Below, piece after piece: positions 33,975 to 44,019 of a DNA stretch of 64,000 nucleotides. This stretch comes from an uncultured virus (IMG/VR IMGVR_UViG_3300044970_001083) (lineage: Duplodnaviria > Heunggongvirae > Uroviricota > Caudoviricetes). The notes beneath the pieces are model-generated. The model had not been told where the DNA came from. It ran no database searches and was given only the letters and a program-made list of their open reading frames with translations. The stretch lies in the IMG/VR virus record IMGVR_UViG_3300044970_001083. One strand, 5' to 3'. Position 1 is the stretch's first letter. Every line of letters starts with the position of its first letter. The translations under genes were made by a program, and so were the position numbers.

Positions 33975-35201
33975 TTATAACGCCTTATCTTCGTAGTCTT
34001 TATATCGATAGTAACCTTTATCAAAATCTACCTGAACTAAAAACTCACCCATAAAACCATTGCGATTCTTTCTAAAGGCGCACTCGATAATATCTGAGTT
34101 AGTTGCCCTACCCAAAGCCATAACCCAGTCAGCATCGTACGCAATCTGTCTAGACCAGGCAGTCTGACCAAGCGTAGGAACACTGCTAAGATCATTTACA
34201 TCATCTGGGGTAGCAGAGGAGATAGCAATAATTGGAACCTCTTCTGAAATAGCCATAAGTTTAAGTTCACGAGACAAGTTCTTCATTCTTACTGTTTCAT
34301 TATCAGATTTTTGATTTGGTGTCATAAGTTGTAGATAATCCACAATAACAAAGTCTGGTTTATATTGGTCTATCTTGCCACGTAGAACAGACGGACTAAT
34401 CTCTCCACCCTGATCATTTGAGATGATATGAAATGGGTTCTTGCCTTCAAGGTGACGCTTGTGCCATTCCTTTAATGTGTCTATCTCAATATTACCTTGA
34501 CTAATTTTACGATGTGACCAAAGTCCTTCACCCATAATTGTAAATACACGATTACGAACCTCTGTTTCAGACATCTCAAGACTAATAATTAGTGGTGTCT
34601 TGCCTTGCTTCCAAGCCTGTACCGCAAAATAAAGTGCAAGCCAAGACTTACCAATTCCTGGATATGCAAGGAATACTCCTAGTTGTCCACCAGTAATCCC
34701 AGATGGTAGATAGTTGTCAAATCCTGGTAGGCCAGTTTTAATTCCTACATTGCCCGCTGCTTCCATTTTTTTGAGATGATCAAAATAAGCAATTGCAGAA
34801 TCTAGATCAATAACATCAATATCACGAACGGCAGATGTATTCTTTTTTAACTCTGACGTTTTTGTAATTAAATTATTTAATGCTTCTACACCCTTGTCAT
34901 TTTGAACATCTCCTGCTGCAGAACGCAGAATGTCTTTAAGGCTATCATTTAAATATTCATGCTGTAATTCTTCTAGATGGTGCTTAGTTGCTCCAATATC
35001 TTCAATTACCTCAAAGTCTCTAAACTTTTCAACGACAAGTGATGCTGGTGGAACAGAACTATTGTGCTCAAAATAATTTCTAATAAAATTCCAGATATCT
35101 GAGTGCGTTCTAAGAATGCCATCAACGTTAGCCTGTAATAGAACGTGTATCTGCTTATCTTTTAATACAGCATTAATTACTTTTGCTTCTGAGTTATTCA
35201 C
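33975..35201 (-). CDS. dnaB: DnaB-like replicative helicase
   Basis: AYPGIGKS, SLEMS, IVDYLQL, KNRNG. Confidence 0.92.
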   Translation of the reverse strand: MNNSEAKVINAVLKDKQIHVLLQANVDGILRTHSDIWNFIRNYFEHNSSVPPASLVVEKFRDFEVIEDIGATKHHLEELQHEYLNDSLKDILRSAAGDVQNDKGVEALNNLITKTSELKKNTSAVRDIDVIDLDSAIAYFDHLKKMEAAGNVGIKTGLPGFDNYLPSGITGGQLGVFLAYPGIGKSWLALYFAVQAWKQGKTPLIISLEMSETEVRNRVFTIMGEGLWSHRKISQGNIEIDTLKEWHKRHLEGKNPFHIISNDQGGEISPSVLRGKIDQYKPDFVIVDYLQLMTPNQKSDNETVRMKNLSRELKLMAISEEVPIIAISSATPDDVNDLSSVPTLGQTAWSRQIAYDADWVMALGRATNSDIIECAFRKNRNGFMGEFLVQVDFDKGYYRYKDYEDKAL

Positions 35202-35502
35202 TTAGCCACGCCCTTGCCTTCCTACGTCTTTCTAATCGATCTTTATCATCTTGCTCTTTATCAAGTTTAGCCTTTAAAATTTTTTCAGCATTATATGCAA
35301 AATAATTCCAAGACGGATCTTGTGCCACTTTAAAATAGTATTGAAGTAGGTCGTAACATGCTGGCAATCCATAGGACTCAATTAACGCATCTGAGGCCCA
35401 CTGTTCTACATTTAAATTTAAAGTAGACTTTGCCTGATATCTTTCGTTATGATACTTAGAATATCTGCTTAGCAAAGCCATTCGGTCTTTGCGGTCTGCC
35501 AT
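35194..35502 (-). CDS. Hypothetical protein
   Basis: Overlaps the dnaB start. Confidence 0.65.
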   Translation of the reverse strand: MADRKDRMALLSRYSKYHNERYQAKSTLNLNVEQWASDALIESYGLPACYDLLQYYFKVAQDPSWNYFAYNAEKILKAKLDKEQDDKDRLERRRKARAWLSE

Positions 35503-35711
35503 TATTCTTCTATTTCTGCCTTAGCCTCATTGATCTTCTCAGTCAATTTAGCCTCTACAAAGCCATAGACACGTTCCATAGCATCGTTGGTTGTCTCACC
35601 CTGCCTCTTTGCATCTACTACTCCCAAATCAAGTCGTAGCGATTGAAAATTGCCAAGATTTAATGTATATCCTAAAGTAACAGATACCTTAGTGTCTTCG
35701 TTTTGTTCCAT
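35502..35711 (-). CDS. Hypothetical protein
   Basis: GYTLNLGNFQSLRLD; SD GGAGG. Confidence 0.7.
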   Translation of the reverse strand: MEQNEDTKVSVTLGYTLNLGNFQSLRLDLGVVDAKRQGETTNDAMERVYGFVEAKLTEKINEAKAEIEE

Positions 35712-35726
35712 TAGTCCTCCAAAGGC

Positions 35727-36272
35727 CTAGTTAATGCTTTCATTCCAAACAGGGATAAATCTACCATCTTCAGTTCTTGTATATGTAAGTATACCATCGC
35801 CCATTCTGCGTGTCAACTCTTGTTTAGTGGGAGTATTATTATTTGTAATTAATCCATCTTTTCTTGGTTGCCCCTGATGAATTGATGCAAGAATATCTCT
35901 CATTTCTCTAACCTGACTTTCAGAATAATATGATCTAATCTGAAAACCTACTTTTCCATATTTACTACATCCTTTAGGAGATGGAATAATACCTTTTTTC
36001 ATTAAACGTGGCATATATTTTCTATGTCTATTTAATAGTTGTGATGTTTCACTCACGGTATATGCTCGCTCTCTTTTCTTTTTAAACTCATGTAAAAAAC
36101 AAATTTCATTTTGATCTTTATTAATGTTGTATAAAGTTATAGTACCAGTAGATCTGCTATTGTGATATATTCTTACAAGGTCTCCATTAAGAAACCATAT
36201 TTTTTTGCTGCCAGAAATTACAGGGGCGCTATTGTAGTCTTTGCCCTTATCTTTTCCTGAGAAAGCAGCCAT
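35727..36272 (-). CDS. DNA-binding protein with MerR-like HTH
   Basis: YTVSETSQLLNRH...KGIIP...SYYSESQV. Confidence 0.6.
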   Translation of the reverse strand: MAAFSGKDKGKDYNSAPVISGSKKIWFLNGDLVRIYHNSRSTGTITLYNINKDQNEICFLHEFKKKRERAYTVSETSQLLNRHRKYMPRLMKKGIIPSPKGCSKYGKVGFQIRSYYSESQVREMRDILASIHQGQPRKDGLITNNNTPTKQELTRRMGDGILTYTRTEDGRFIPVWNESIN

Positions 36273-36406
36273 GATCCCTCTTTAGAACTATCTGGTGGAT
36301 GATAAAATTTTCTTTTACCACACATAATACAGTATACCTCAAGATGCTCAGATGTGCTAAATTGACGGTCTACTAGGATTTTGCCTTTACATTTTATACA
36401 TTTCAA
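36218..36406 (-). CDS. Zinc-ribbon protein
   Basis: CIKCKG...CIMCG. Confidence 0.7.
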   Translation of the reverse strand: MKCIKCKGKILVDRQFSTSEHLEVYCIMCGKRKFYHPPDSSKEGSWLLSQEKIRAKTTIAPL

Positions 36407-36846
36407 TTTGGAATTCCAATAACAAGAACATTAACATCTATCGTAGCAACACCATTAGAAGAAAACTTTGCAACAAGGTTAGCCTCTGATGTTGTGACAT
36501 TTGTAAGAAACACAGAAACATTTTTACCAGCCTCTGTTCCACCCTTATTCCATGGTGTTGCAACTACAATTGGTGGATATTTAAAACTAAAGTTAACTTT
36601 AAATGGAACTTCTCCTCCAGCCGTAGTGGTAGCAGCATTAGTTACGTTTACAGTTTCGCCATATATAGAGGCTCCTGGTGTTGGAACGGCATACTCTGTT
36701 CTTGGTGTGGTAGTACCAACAATTTTAGTATTATTAGAAGATGTTGGAGAGGACTGTCTTAAAAGTTGATTAACTGTTGTAACAATGCTAGAGATGTATG
36801 AAACATCTAATGGCTGACCTCTTTGTGGTATTGGTAACTCAGGCAT
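36403..36846 (-). CDS. Putative tail-tip/receptor-binding-type protein
   Basis: FKYPPIVVATP...VNVLVIGIP beta-sandwich C-terminus; TGCTATAAT at 36855-36863. Confidence 0.5.
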   Translation of the reverse strand: MPELPIPQRGQPLDVSYISSIVTTVNQLLRQSSPTSSNNTKIVGTTTPRTEYAVPTPGASIYGETVNVTNAATTTAGGEVPFKVNFSFKYPPIVVATPWNKGGTEAGKNVSVFLTNVTTSEANLVAKFSSNGVATIDVNVLVIGIPN

Positions 36847-36872
36847 GATATTTAATTATAGCACATTCCGAA

Positions 36873-37358
36873 TTAAAGATTTTCTTTAGTTGTTTTAACT
36901 AAAATCTGATTGGTATTTATTATCCTATCATATGTTGCATTTTGAACAATAACATTAAAATTGTCTACTTCATTTTGATCTAACAGAAATCTAACACTAA
37001 AAAATCCTTGTTCGGTCTTGCTATATGAATAGGTTGAAACTGCTGGTTCTCCAACCGCAGTATTTGTTTTTAAAAATATATCATAATTTCTCATTACTTG
37101 CAACTGTGCTCCTGGAGGAACCCACTGCAAGATTACTTCATAAATTGAAGTGCTTCCCTGTTGTTGTACAGATAAAGTATATGAATATGGAGAAGCAATT
37201 GTTGGCAACGCAACCTCTTGTATTTTTGACCAGTGCGATGCTCTGTTTCTATCTTCAGAAATAACTCTATATCTTAATCTAATTTTTCCACTTTGCCCAC
37301 TAAAAGGTGGAAGATCTTTGTTTTTAATAATAGATTTTTTAATATTTTTATCTGCCAT
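36873..37358 (-). CDS. Minor tail protein
   Basis: RYRVISEDRNRASHWS; lies in the tail cluster. Confidence 0.55.
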   Translation of the reverse strand: MADKNIKKSIIKNKDLPPFSGQSGKIRLRYRVISEDRNRASHWSKIQEVALPTIASPYSYTLSVQQQGSTSIYEVILQWVPPGAQLQVMRNYDIFLKTNTAVGEPAVSTYSYSKTEQGFFSVRFLLDQNEVDNFNVIVQNATYDRIINTNQILVKTTKENL

Positions 37359-38485
37359 TATTCAACACCAACAGACATCCTATACTCTATATAATTATTT
37401 GTGTTTGATGCTTTTAATATTGGTTGCTCATCAGCATTTTTTACTACTGTATATGCTGTTAATCCATATAGTGGATTTTGAGTTGTTACGTTTTCAACTC
37501 TAATTGCATCAAGACCAATATAGTAACTATCGGTCAATGCATTACTTGTAACTGCACAAGCATATATTTTTAAAGATGTTACATCTGCCCAAGAAAATCC
37601 ATCTTCTTGTACAACATCTGAAATATTTTTTTCAATAGTATAATATCTATTGCTTGAAAAATCAATGCTTGCGTTTCCTGCATCAACAACATTAAAAATT
37701 AATCTTGCTTTTTTAGTAGATGTATTGATAAAATCAACAATAATTTTTACGCTATCTGGGCCAGTGTAGGGGGTTGAAAGTGTTAGGGCTGCAGACTTAT
37801 TTATAACAGAAAAGGCAATTTTAATTTTATCAGATAGAGAGTTTTGAGATAAGTTAATTGATGTTCCAGTTTTTAAAATATGATATGCCGATGATAAATT
37901 TGTAGAAGATGTAGCATCTTTAATACTAGAAAAATCTCCAGCCACAAGAATAACATTATTAAAAAACCTACATCTTTCATGATAGTCATTTCTATTATTT
38001 CTATAAAAAATTCTATTATCAGAATTTGCTTGAAAAACATCATAGGCAACATCAATAACATTATCATCACCAGGATCTAATGCAGTAGTTACAACAGGTA
38101 TATTTGCCGTTGATGCAGTTACTGATTGCCAAGCCTCTTCTTGTGAAAATAAAACAATATTTCTGCTATCAAATCCCGCAGCAGATGGATTGCTTCCAGC
38201 AGAATAAATTCCAATTTCAGTAATCTCATATTTTTCCTGGCTAGGAAGTTCTCCTGTAAATACTAACTTATTTACTCCATCTTCAAATACATAACCACGA
38301 GATGAAATCGGTACCCTAAACATTTCAAAGTCTAGCGATTCTTTTTGTGCATATGTATTAAAACTATGTGAGTCTGCAGATCCTAATGGTTGTGGTCCAG
38401 AACCAAAAGCCATGTAGGATGCAAATGCTGGGGCAGTGCCTAAAAGGTACTTTGCCACAATTTCTTTGCCAGTGTTAGTTATCAA
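37358..38485 (-). CDS. Minor tail protein
   Basis: MITNTGK...YMAFGSG...ITEIGIY, typical of tail/baseplate N-terminal domains. Confidence 0.6.
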   Translation of the reverse strand: MITNTGKEIVAKYLLGTAPAFASYMAFGSGPQPLGSADSHSFNTYAQKESLDFEMFRVPISSRGYVFEDGVNKLVFTGELPSQEKYEITEIGIYSAGSNPSAAGFDSRNIVLFSQEEAWQSVTASTANIPVVTTALDPGDDNVIDVAYDVFQANSDNRIFYRNNRNDYHERCRFFNNVILVAGDFSSIKDATSSTNLSSAYHILKTGTSINLSQNSLSDKIKIAFSVINKSAALTLSTPYTGPDSVKIIVDFINTSTKKARLIFNVVDAGNASIDFSSNRYYTIEKNISDVVQEDGFSWADVTSLKIYACAVTSNALTDSYYIGLDAIRVENVTTQNPLYGLTAYTVVKNADEQPILKASNTNNYIEYRMSVGVE

Positions 38486-39036
38486 GACTCATCAACTCCT
38501 AATGTATCATTATATATTGTACCACCTGAAATGATTTCAATTTGAATTCTTTCATCAGAAGCATTGTCTTTTGTTTCTATGACCAAATCTCCATTTGCAT
38601 CTATATATACATTAGTTCCATTTGTGCTAGAACTTGTTGGAACATCTGGTATTCTAGTGAGAAGGTTAATAGCAAAATTAAAAAAATACACATCTGAAGT
38701 ATCTTGAAGGGCTATAATCTTTTTTGGATCATAGGTGTTTTTAAAATTTGCAATATTTGCAATAGGCTGATAATCTATATTTTTAGTATTAACAAAATTT
38801 TTATTACTTAATATTAAAAGTTCGTGGCCAGCAATTTGTTCAAAAAACAAATTTACAATTTCTCCCTCTCCTATAGGGTTTATAACATTTTCATCAAAAT
38901 TAACATATTGTGGAGTTGCTATTTTAATAGAGGCTTTTGTTACTAAATTAGATGATTGTTGATCTATTTGTGGGACTGCTGGTGTTGCTGCTTTATCTTT
39001 GGTCATGTCTAGCCACTCTTCTTCCCAAGTACCCAT
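38482..39036 (-). CDS. Minor tail protein
   Basis: Tail cluster; SD GAGGTG before MGTW. Confidence 0.55.
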   Translation of the reverse strand: MGTWEEEWLDMTKDKAATPAVPQIDQQSSNLVTKASIKIATPQYVNFDENVINPIGEGEIVNLFFEQIAGHELLILSNKNFVNTKNIDYQPIANIANFKNTYDPKKIIALQDTSDVYFFNFAINLLTRIPDVPTSSSTNGTNVYIDANGDLVIETKDNASDERIQIEIISGGTIYNDTLGVDES

Positions 39037-39037
39037 A

Positions 39038-42000
39038 TTACACCTCACTCAAATAAACTGTCATAGATGGTCCACTATTATTTCTGTTGTACTCAATATT
39101 ATAAACAATAAACCTTGTATTTGTTGTTGCCACCATATCAACATCGTCATTGTTTTTATAATCAATAGTAACAATATCTCCTAACTGAACTATTGGAGTT
39201 GCAAACATTTCAACCCCTACTGATTTTTTAGGTTGCATTAATTTATCAATTATCCACCCCATTAAATTTTCAGCATCATCAGATGTTTGAATATAATCAC
39301 TTTCAATAGAAAAGTCATTTTTTCCATAAATAATTCTGCTATTTTTAATAGTGTTATATTTTTGTTCTTCAATAACAGGTGAATATACAATAGCATTTCC
39401 TTTAAGTTCTTGATCTGAAAAACTTGAAGTTTTCTTAAAATAGTCATCAACAGTTAATGTGCTAGTGTTATCTTGTGTAAATGCAATACCTAGAATGTTT
39501 AAAAAGTTAAAAGATGTAGTTCCTAGGTCTAATAAAGAATCCGTTGAATTAAAAACTAAAAACTCTGCGCCATAAGCATTTGATTGATAATTTGAAATAG
39601 TAAAATCTTTTACTCTATCTTGTGGTTTTAATATCTGTGAGGATAGTGCTGGATATGCATTATCAAATCTAATATTTAAATATGCACACTCTCTCATGAT
39701 AGTTCCAAACTCATCATAAAAAATTTTATAATTTGGATTGTTTCCAGGTCCAACACCAGATAAATATGTATCTTGCAAAACACCGCTTAGTGCATATTTT
39801 CTTAATGAATCCTTAATGTTAATTGAGTTACCACTAAACACTTTACTAATTGGCTCAGTTATAGTGGTTGCTCCATTAGTAGAATAATTTGGTCCCATAG
39901 CAAGTAGATGTTCAAACATACATTTTGATCCGCCACGAGTAAATAGTGCTGTATTATAATTTTTAGGAAGTGGATCTTTGTCATCAACTGTTGCAACTAA
40001 AACATTGTTTATGTACAAATAAAACCTTCTGCTATTTTGACCTAAAGCATTGTCTACATACTCTACTGCCAAATCATAAACTGTTGTGTATTTGTCTTCA
40101 AACTTTTTAGAAACACCAACAAAGTTTCCAGAGTCAGATAAAATATCTCCGTTGCCACTCCACAAAAGTTCTGGTATTGCTTTAGTAGAACTTGAATCTT
40201 TTTTAATTTTATAAAATATAATATTTGCTTGTTCTTCAGTTCCACCATCTAAAGAAATAATTTCAAAATAATAGCCATTATTATTTGCTGCATTAACCAA
40301 TACACCAAGTCCTCCAGAATTACCAGATAGTTTAATTGGTTGGTTTGGAGAACTTGTTGGTATTTGATAGTATATTGATCCATCTAGTGGTGTAAGTGTT
40401 TTATACGAATCATTATTTTCGTCTTGAATTTCTCCAACAGATGCACCAATAATTCTAATTCTTGTACCAAAATAATTATATCGATCTTGAAAACTTTTAG
40501 TAATAAGCGTAATAAAATTTGTTGAATTTGGATCAGTACTTGTAAAGTTTGGCCCCTTTAAGACAAGTGCTGACGATTGTATAACTCCTTTATGTTTTTG
40601 TGGATTAATAATGTTAGTTGTTAATATTTCATTTTCTGTTAAATTAGATTTACCCAAATACTTTTTAACAACACTGTTGGCTGTAGATTTTTTAGCCAAA
40701 TCATTATTTACACCAGCAGGGCCAGTTGTTGTGCTTCCAGCAAAAGGACTTCCTCCAAAAAGATACTGTGATTCCATAACACAGCCTTTTCTGTTATCAT
40801 AACTTAACCATTCTTGTAAAAGTCCAGCAGTATGATAGGCAATTTGTGTTCCAAACTGCGCCCTTCCACTTGATATTACTGCACCCTCTTTCATTCTACT
40901 AGTTCCAGCAACAAGTTCATAATATGGCTCAGAATATATTCTTACTCTACCAGTATGATATATTTTTCCATTAAATGGCATATTTGATAAATAATATTTA
41001 TATTCAGCATCATTACTAATCCAAACATTTCCAATCCCTGCAACATTATACTCAACAGCATCATATTTTATAACTTCACCATTTGCATAAAAATAACCTT
41101 GATATCTGACTAACAAATATGCACTTTCGCCAAAATCAACAACATTGTTTTGAACAACTCCACCTTGAACAGTAGGTGGTAAATTGCTAAGATCTTTATT
41201 TAAAACAAGCGCAGCAAGACTATATCCTCCAGAACCATTACCGATTCTTGATTCTTTTGTATCTTGTACTTGCCATAACAAAGATGGTTTATATATCCAA
41301 GATTTGTCTTCAGAACTAATATTTGTTTCTTGTCCTAATTGACTATATATCTTATCGATGTATCTTGTTTTATAAGTAATCTTTCCATCATTATATATTT
41401 TTTTATCTTGAGATGCCAGACTAATAATATTAGCAAGTTTTTTTCCGTCAATAATTTTGTTTTGAATAATATTGACAGTGTCAGTTACTTTTGAACCTAT
41501 TAGTTCATAACTAGTAGGTCTTTGTGATGCGCTTGGCATTAAATAGTCTTTGCTCATAACTATAAAATTATTATATTCATCAAAAAACATTGCCGTTTGT
41601 GTTGATATTGCTAAATCATTTAATATTTGGGCTAAATTTTTATCTGGACTGACAAAAAAATATGGAATAACTGGATCAATATCGCTAACATTTCTTTTAT
41701 AAATATAATTGCTAAATCCAACATAATCAAGTAATAGTGCCACAGCATAACTTAGTGAAACATTTGTAATAAATAATTCTGGTGCTGGCATTGACTCAAA
41801 ATAAAAATATAAATCTCTTAACTTGATAGAAATTGTTCCACCTGTTATATCTGCTTGAGGAAAACCTTCTGAGTATAAAGTTTTTATTGGAACTAAATAG
41901 TCATATCCAGAAACATTAATAATATTTTCATAAAAAGTAAATTTAACATTTTTTCTAATATAGTCTGAAATCAAACTATTTGAGTTTTCATTAAAAGACT

Positions 42001-43384
42001 GATCTTCATCAAAAATATTTATTGTTCCAGTTGATGCAAGCAATTGTCCAATAGGAAGTGCACCAGAGCCGAGATCTCCTAGAGATTTTGTAACATTATA
42101 AGAAACAACTCTATCAGAAATGTCCACATTAAGTCGTGGAGAAAACTCAATAAGGTCAAATGTTGAATTAAATTTATTCATAGAATCAACAACAATTCTA
42201 ACACCACGAATATACTCAAACTCTCTATATGTAATTTGATTAGTTTTTGCTTCTAAATATGAAGATGGATTAACCAAGTTAGTTACAAAATGTTTTGTTT
42301 GATCTAATGATTCATCAGTCAAAAACCATGTATATTCTGGAACAAATTGATCGTATTTATTTTCTAAATTATTCCAAATATAGTATGTACCTTTATCAGA
42401 ACTACTAGTTATAACTAAATATGCATACCCATCTACTGCATCTTTTGGAAGCAAAGTTGTTGATGATAAAATTTCAGCATGAATAAAACGAGATTTATAT
42501 TGATCTGGAATTTTTAATCCATAGGATAACTCTACGTACCCATCATCTGGAACAATTGGCAGTCCGCCTGGTCTTGTTGATGAAAAATTAAAATCTTGAA
42601 CAGTTACCCATTGATTTCCTTTTAGTATTTGAATCTTCCATATAGTTGGAGTTGTTTTATTTAAGGTACCGTAAAAAGGATCTGCTAAAGTGCTAACTGT
42701 AGATTTATACGGACCTAAATTAACACCACCAACATTGGTCTGCATTTTAACAATAACTCTATTAGATGGAACATTATTTTTATAAACAACAAATGGGGCT
42801 GCATCATCTATATAATACGACTGTCCTATAAGTCTATTTGCTATACCTCGTTCTGTTGTATTAGCAGAAGAAGTAGATTCTTTTTCGGTTCTATAAGAGG
42901 TCCAGTATTTAAATTCATCATTTCTATCTGGCATATAATATCTTGGCCTTTGTGTAAAAAAAGAACCTTGATCGTTTAATGCATCAGTAGTAAGTGAAGG
43001 GACATATCTGCCTGGAATATAAGATGTTTTGTTAATTCCTGATCTTGGTCTAAATGGCTTGATACAATCTTCTAAAGAATAATACAGTTTAAGTTGTTCT
43101 TTTGTTGCGGTATACAGTATTGGGTTGTCATCATCATCTACCCCACCATCTACTACAACATCAGCATCTGTTGCACCAGTATAAAATTGTCCGACATCAT
43201 TTGCATCAAATGTTGACTGAATTGTTAAATATCTAGTATCACTACTTTGTGGGCGATATCTATAGTTGCCTAACTTAAAAATATTATCTGGCATATTCAT
43301 ATTCCACTCAGCAACTATTTTTGATTTTGACTGAATAGTTGGTGAATTTTGAAAATGATTTTTTAATGCTGTATTATTAAACAT
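39038..43384 (-). CDS. Large minor tail (hub/central fibre) protein
   Basis: ~1450 aa; MFFDEYNNF and C-terminal VQLGDIVTI hub motifs; start at MFNN (TAATG overlap). Confidence 0.7.
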   Translation of the reverse strand: MFNNTALKNHFQNSPTIQSKSKIVAEWNMNMPDNIFKLGNYRYRPQSSDTRYLTIQSTFDANDVGQFYTGATDADVVVDGGVDDDDNPILYTATKEQLKLYYSLEDCIKPFRPRSGINKTSYIPGRYVPSLTTDALNDQGSFFTQRPRYYMPDRNDEFKYWTSYRTEKESTSSANTTERGIANRLIGQSYYIDDAAPFVVYKNNVPSNRVIVKMQTNVGGVNLGPYKSTVSTLADPFYGTLNKTTPTIWKIQILKGNQWVTVQDFNFSSTRPGGLPIVPDDGYVELSYGLKIPDQYKSRFIHAEILSSTTLLPKDAVDGYAYLVITSSSDKGTYYIWNNLENKYDQFVPEYTWFLTDESLDQTKHFVTNLVNPSSYLEAKTNQITYREFEYIRGVRIVVDSMNKFNSTFDLIEFSPRLNVDISDRVVSYNVTKSLGDLGSGALPIGQLLASTGTINIFDEDQSFNENSNSLISDYIRKNVKFTFYENIINVSGYDYLVPIKTLYSEGFPQADITGGTISIKLRDLYFYFESMPAPELFITNVSLSYAVALLLDYVGFSNYIYKRNVSDIDPVIPYFFVSPDKNLAQILNDLAISTQTAMFFDEYNNFIVMSKDYLMPSASQRPTSYELIGSKVTDTVNIIQNKIIDGKKLANIISLASQDKKIYNDGKITYKTRYIDKIYSQLGQETNISSEDKSWIYKPSLLWQVQDTKESRIGNGSGGYSLAALVLNKDLSNLPPTVQGGVVQNNVVDFGESAYLLVRYQGYFYANGEVIKYDAVEYNVAGIGNVWISNDAEYKYYLSNMPFNGKIYHTGRVRIYSEPYYELVAGTSRMKEGAVISSGRAQFGTQIAYHTAGLLQEWLSYDNRKGCVMESQYLFGGSPFAGSTTTGPAGVNNDLAKKSTANSVVKKYLGKSNLTENEILTTNIINPQKHKGVIQSSALVLKGPNFTSTDPNSTNFITLITKSFQDRYNYFGTRIRIIGASVGEIQDENNDSYKTLTPLDGSIYYQIPTSSPNQPIKLSGNSGGLGVLVNAANNNGYYFEIISLDGGTEEQANIIFYKIKKDSSSTKAIPELLWSGNGDILSDSGNFVGVSKKFEDKYTTVYDLAVEYVDNALGQNSRRFYLYINNVLVATVDDKDPLPKNYNTALFTRGGSKCMFEHLLAMGPNYSTNGATTITEPISKVFSGNSINIKDSLRKYALSGVLQDTYLSGVGPGNNPNYKIFYDEFGTIMRECAYLNIRFDNAYPALSSQILKPQDRVKDFTISNYQSNAYGAEFLVFNSTDSLLDLGTTSFNFLNILGIAFTQDNTSTLTVDDYFKKTSSFSDQELKGNAIVYSPVIEEQKYNTIKNSRIIYGKNDFSIESDYIQTSDDAENLMGWIIDKLMQPKKSVGVEMFATPIVQLGDIVTIDYKNNDDVDMVATTNTRFIVYNIEYNRNNSGPSMTVYLSEV

Positions 43385-44019
43385 TACACTTCTTCCAAGG
43401 CAACAGAAATGTTCCAAAGATCGTGGTTATTCCTACCTCTTTTTACAACATCATAACTAAAGTCTGCAATATATACCTGAACAATTTCACTATAACTTGT
43501 TAAGTGTAAGAATGCTGCATCATCTGTTCCAAAATTTTTATAATTATCATATGATAAAAACATCCAAAATGGACCTTGATGGTTTTCATACCAATCAAGA
43601 AGTTCAACTCCGCCTGCGCCACCGTCTGCTGTATACTCATTTTGTCCAGTAAGATCAGACTTGCCTGTTGAATTAAAATCTGCAACTCTTAAATATGCTC
43701 TTGATGGCAAATTATCCCATGACATAGATATAGTCATTTTGTCTGCAATATGATGAGATCTCATATTTCCATTAATCATTCTTTGTCTTTGTTCTATTCT
43801 TGTTGGTTTAAATTGTATTGATGATCTATTATGATCTGATAAAATTAAAAATTGATTTGCTGGTTGAGAAGTAGTTGCTAATGATGAATCAGCACCTATT
43901 TCTTGACCAGTAGGAATGTAAATACCAGTTGCATCTAATGTGCCAGAATTTTCTGACCAAATTATAGCCTGTGGCCTAGCATATCTTTTTCTACCTAAAA
44001 TATATGATGCTGTTGCCAT
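43384..44019 (-). CDS. Distal tail (Dit-like) protein
   Basis: Immediately after the tape measure gene; RMINGNMRSH...WNISVALEEV. Confidence 0.6.
   Translation of the reverse strand: MATASYILGRKRYARPQAIIWSENSGTLDATGIYIPTGQEIGADSSLATTSQPANQFLILSDHNRSSIQFKPTRIEQRQRMINGNMRSHHIADKMTISMSWDNLPSRAYLRVADFNSTGKSDLTGQNEYTADGGAGGVELLDWYENHQGPFWMFLSYDNYKNFGTDDAAFLHLTSYSEIVQVYIADFSYDVVKRGRNNHDLWNISVALEEV

Noticed and set aside
21213..35201. Inteins or introns in terL, recA, dnaE and dnaB
   Set aside because: Lengths are normal, motifs are contiguous and no intein splice-junction motifs were seen.
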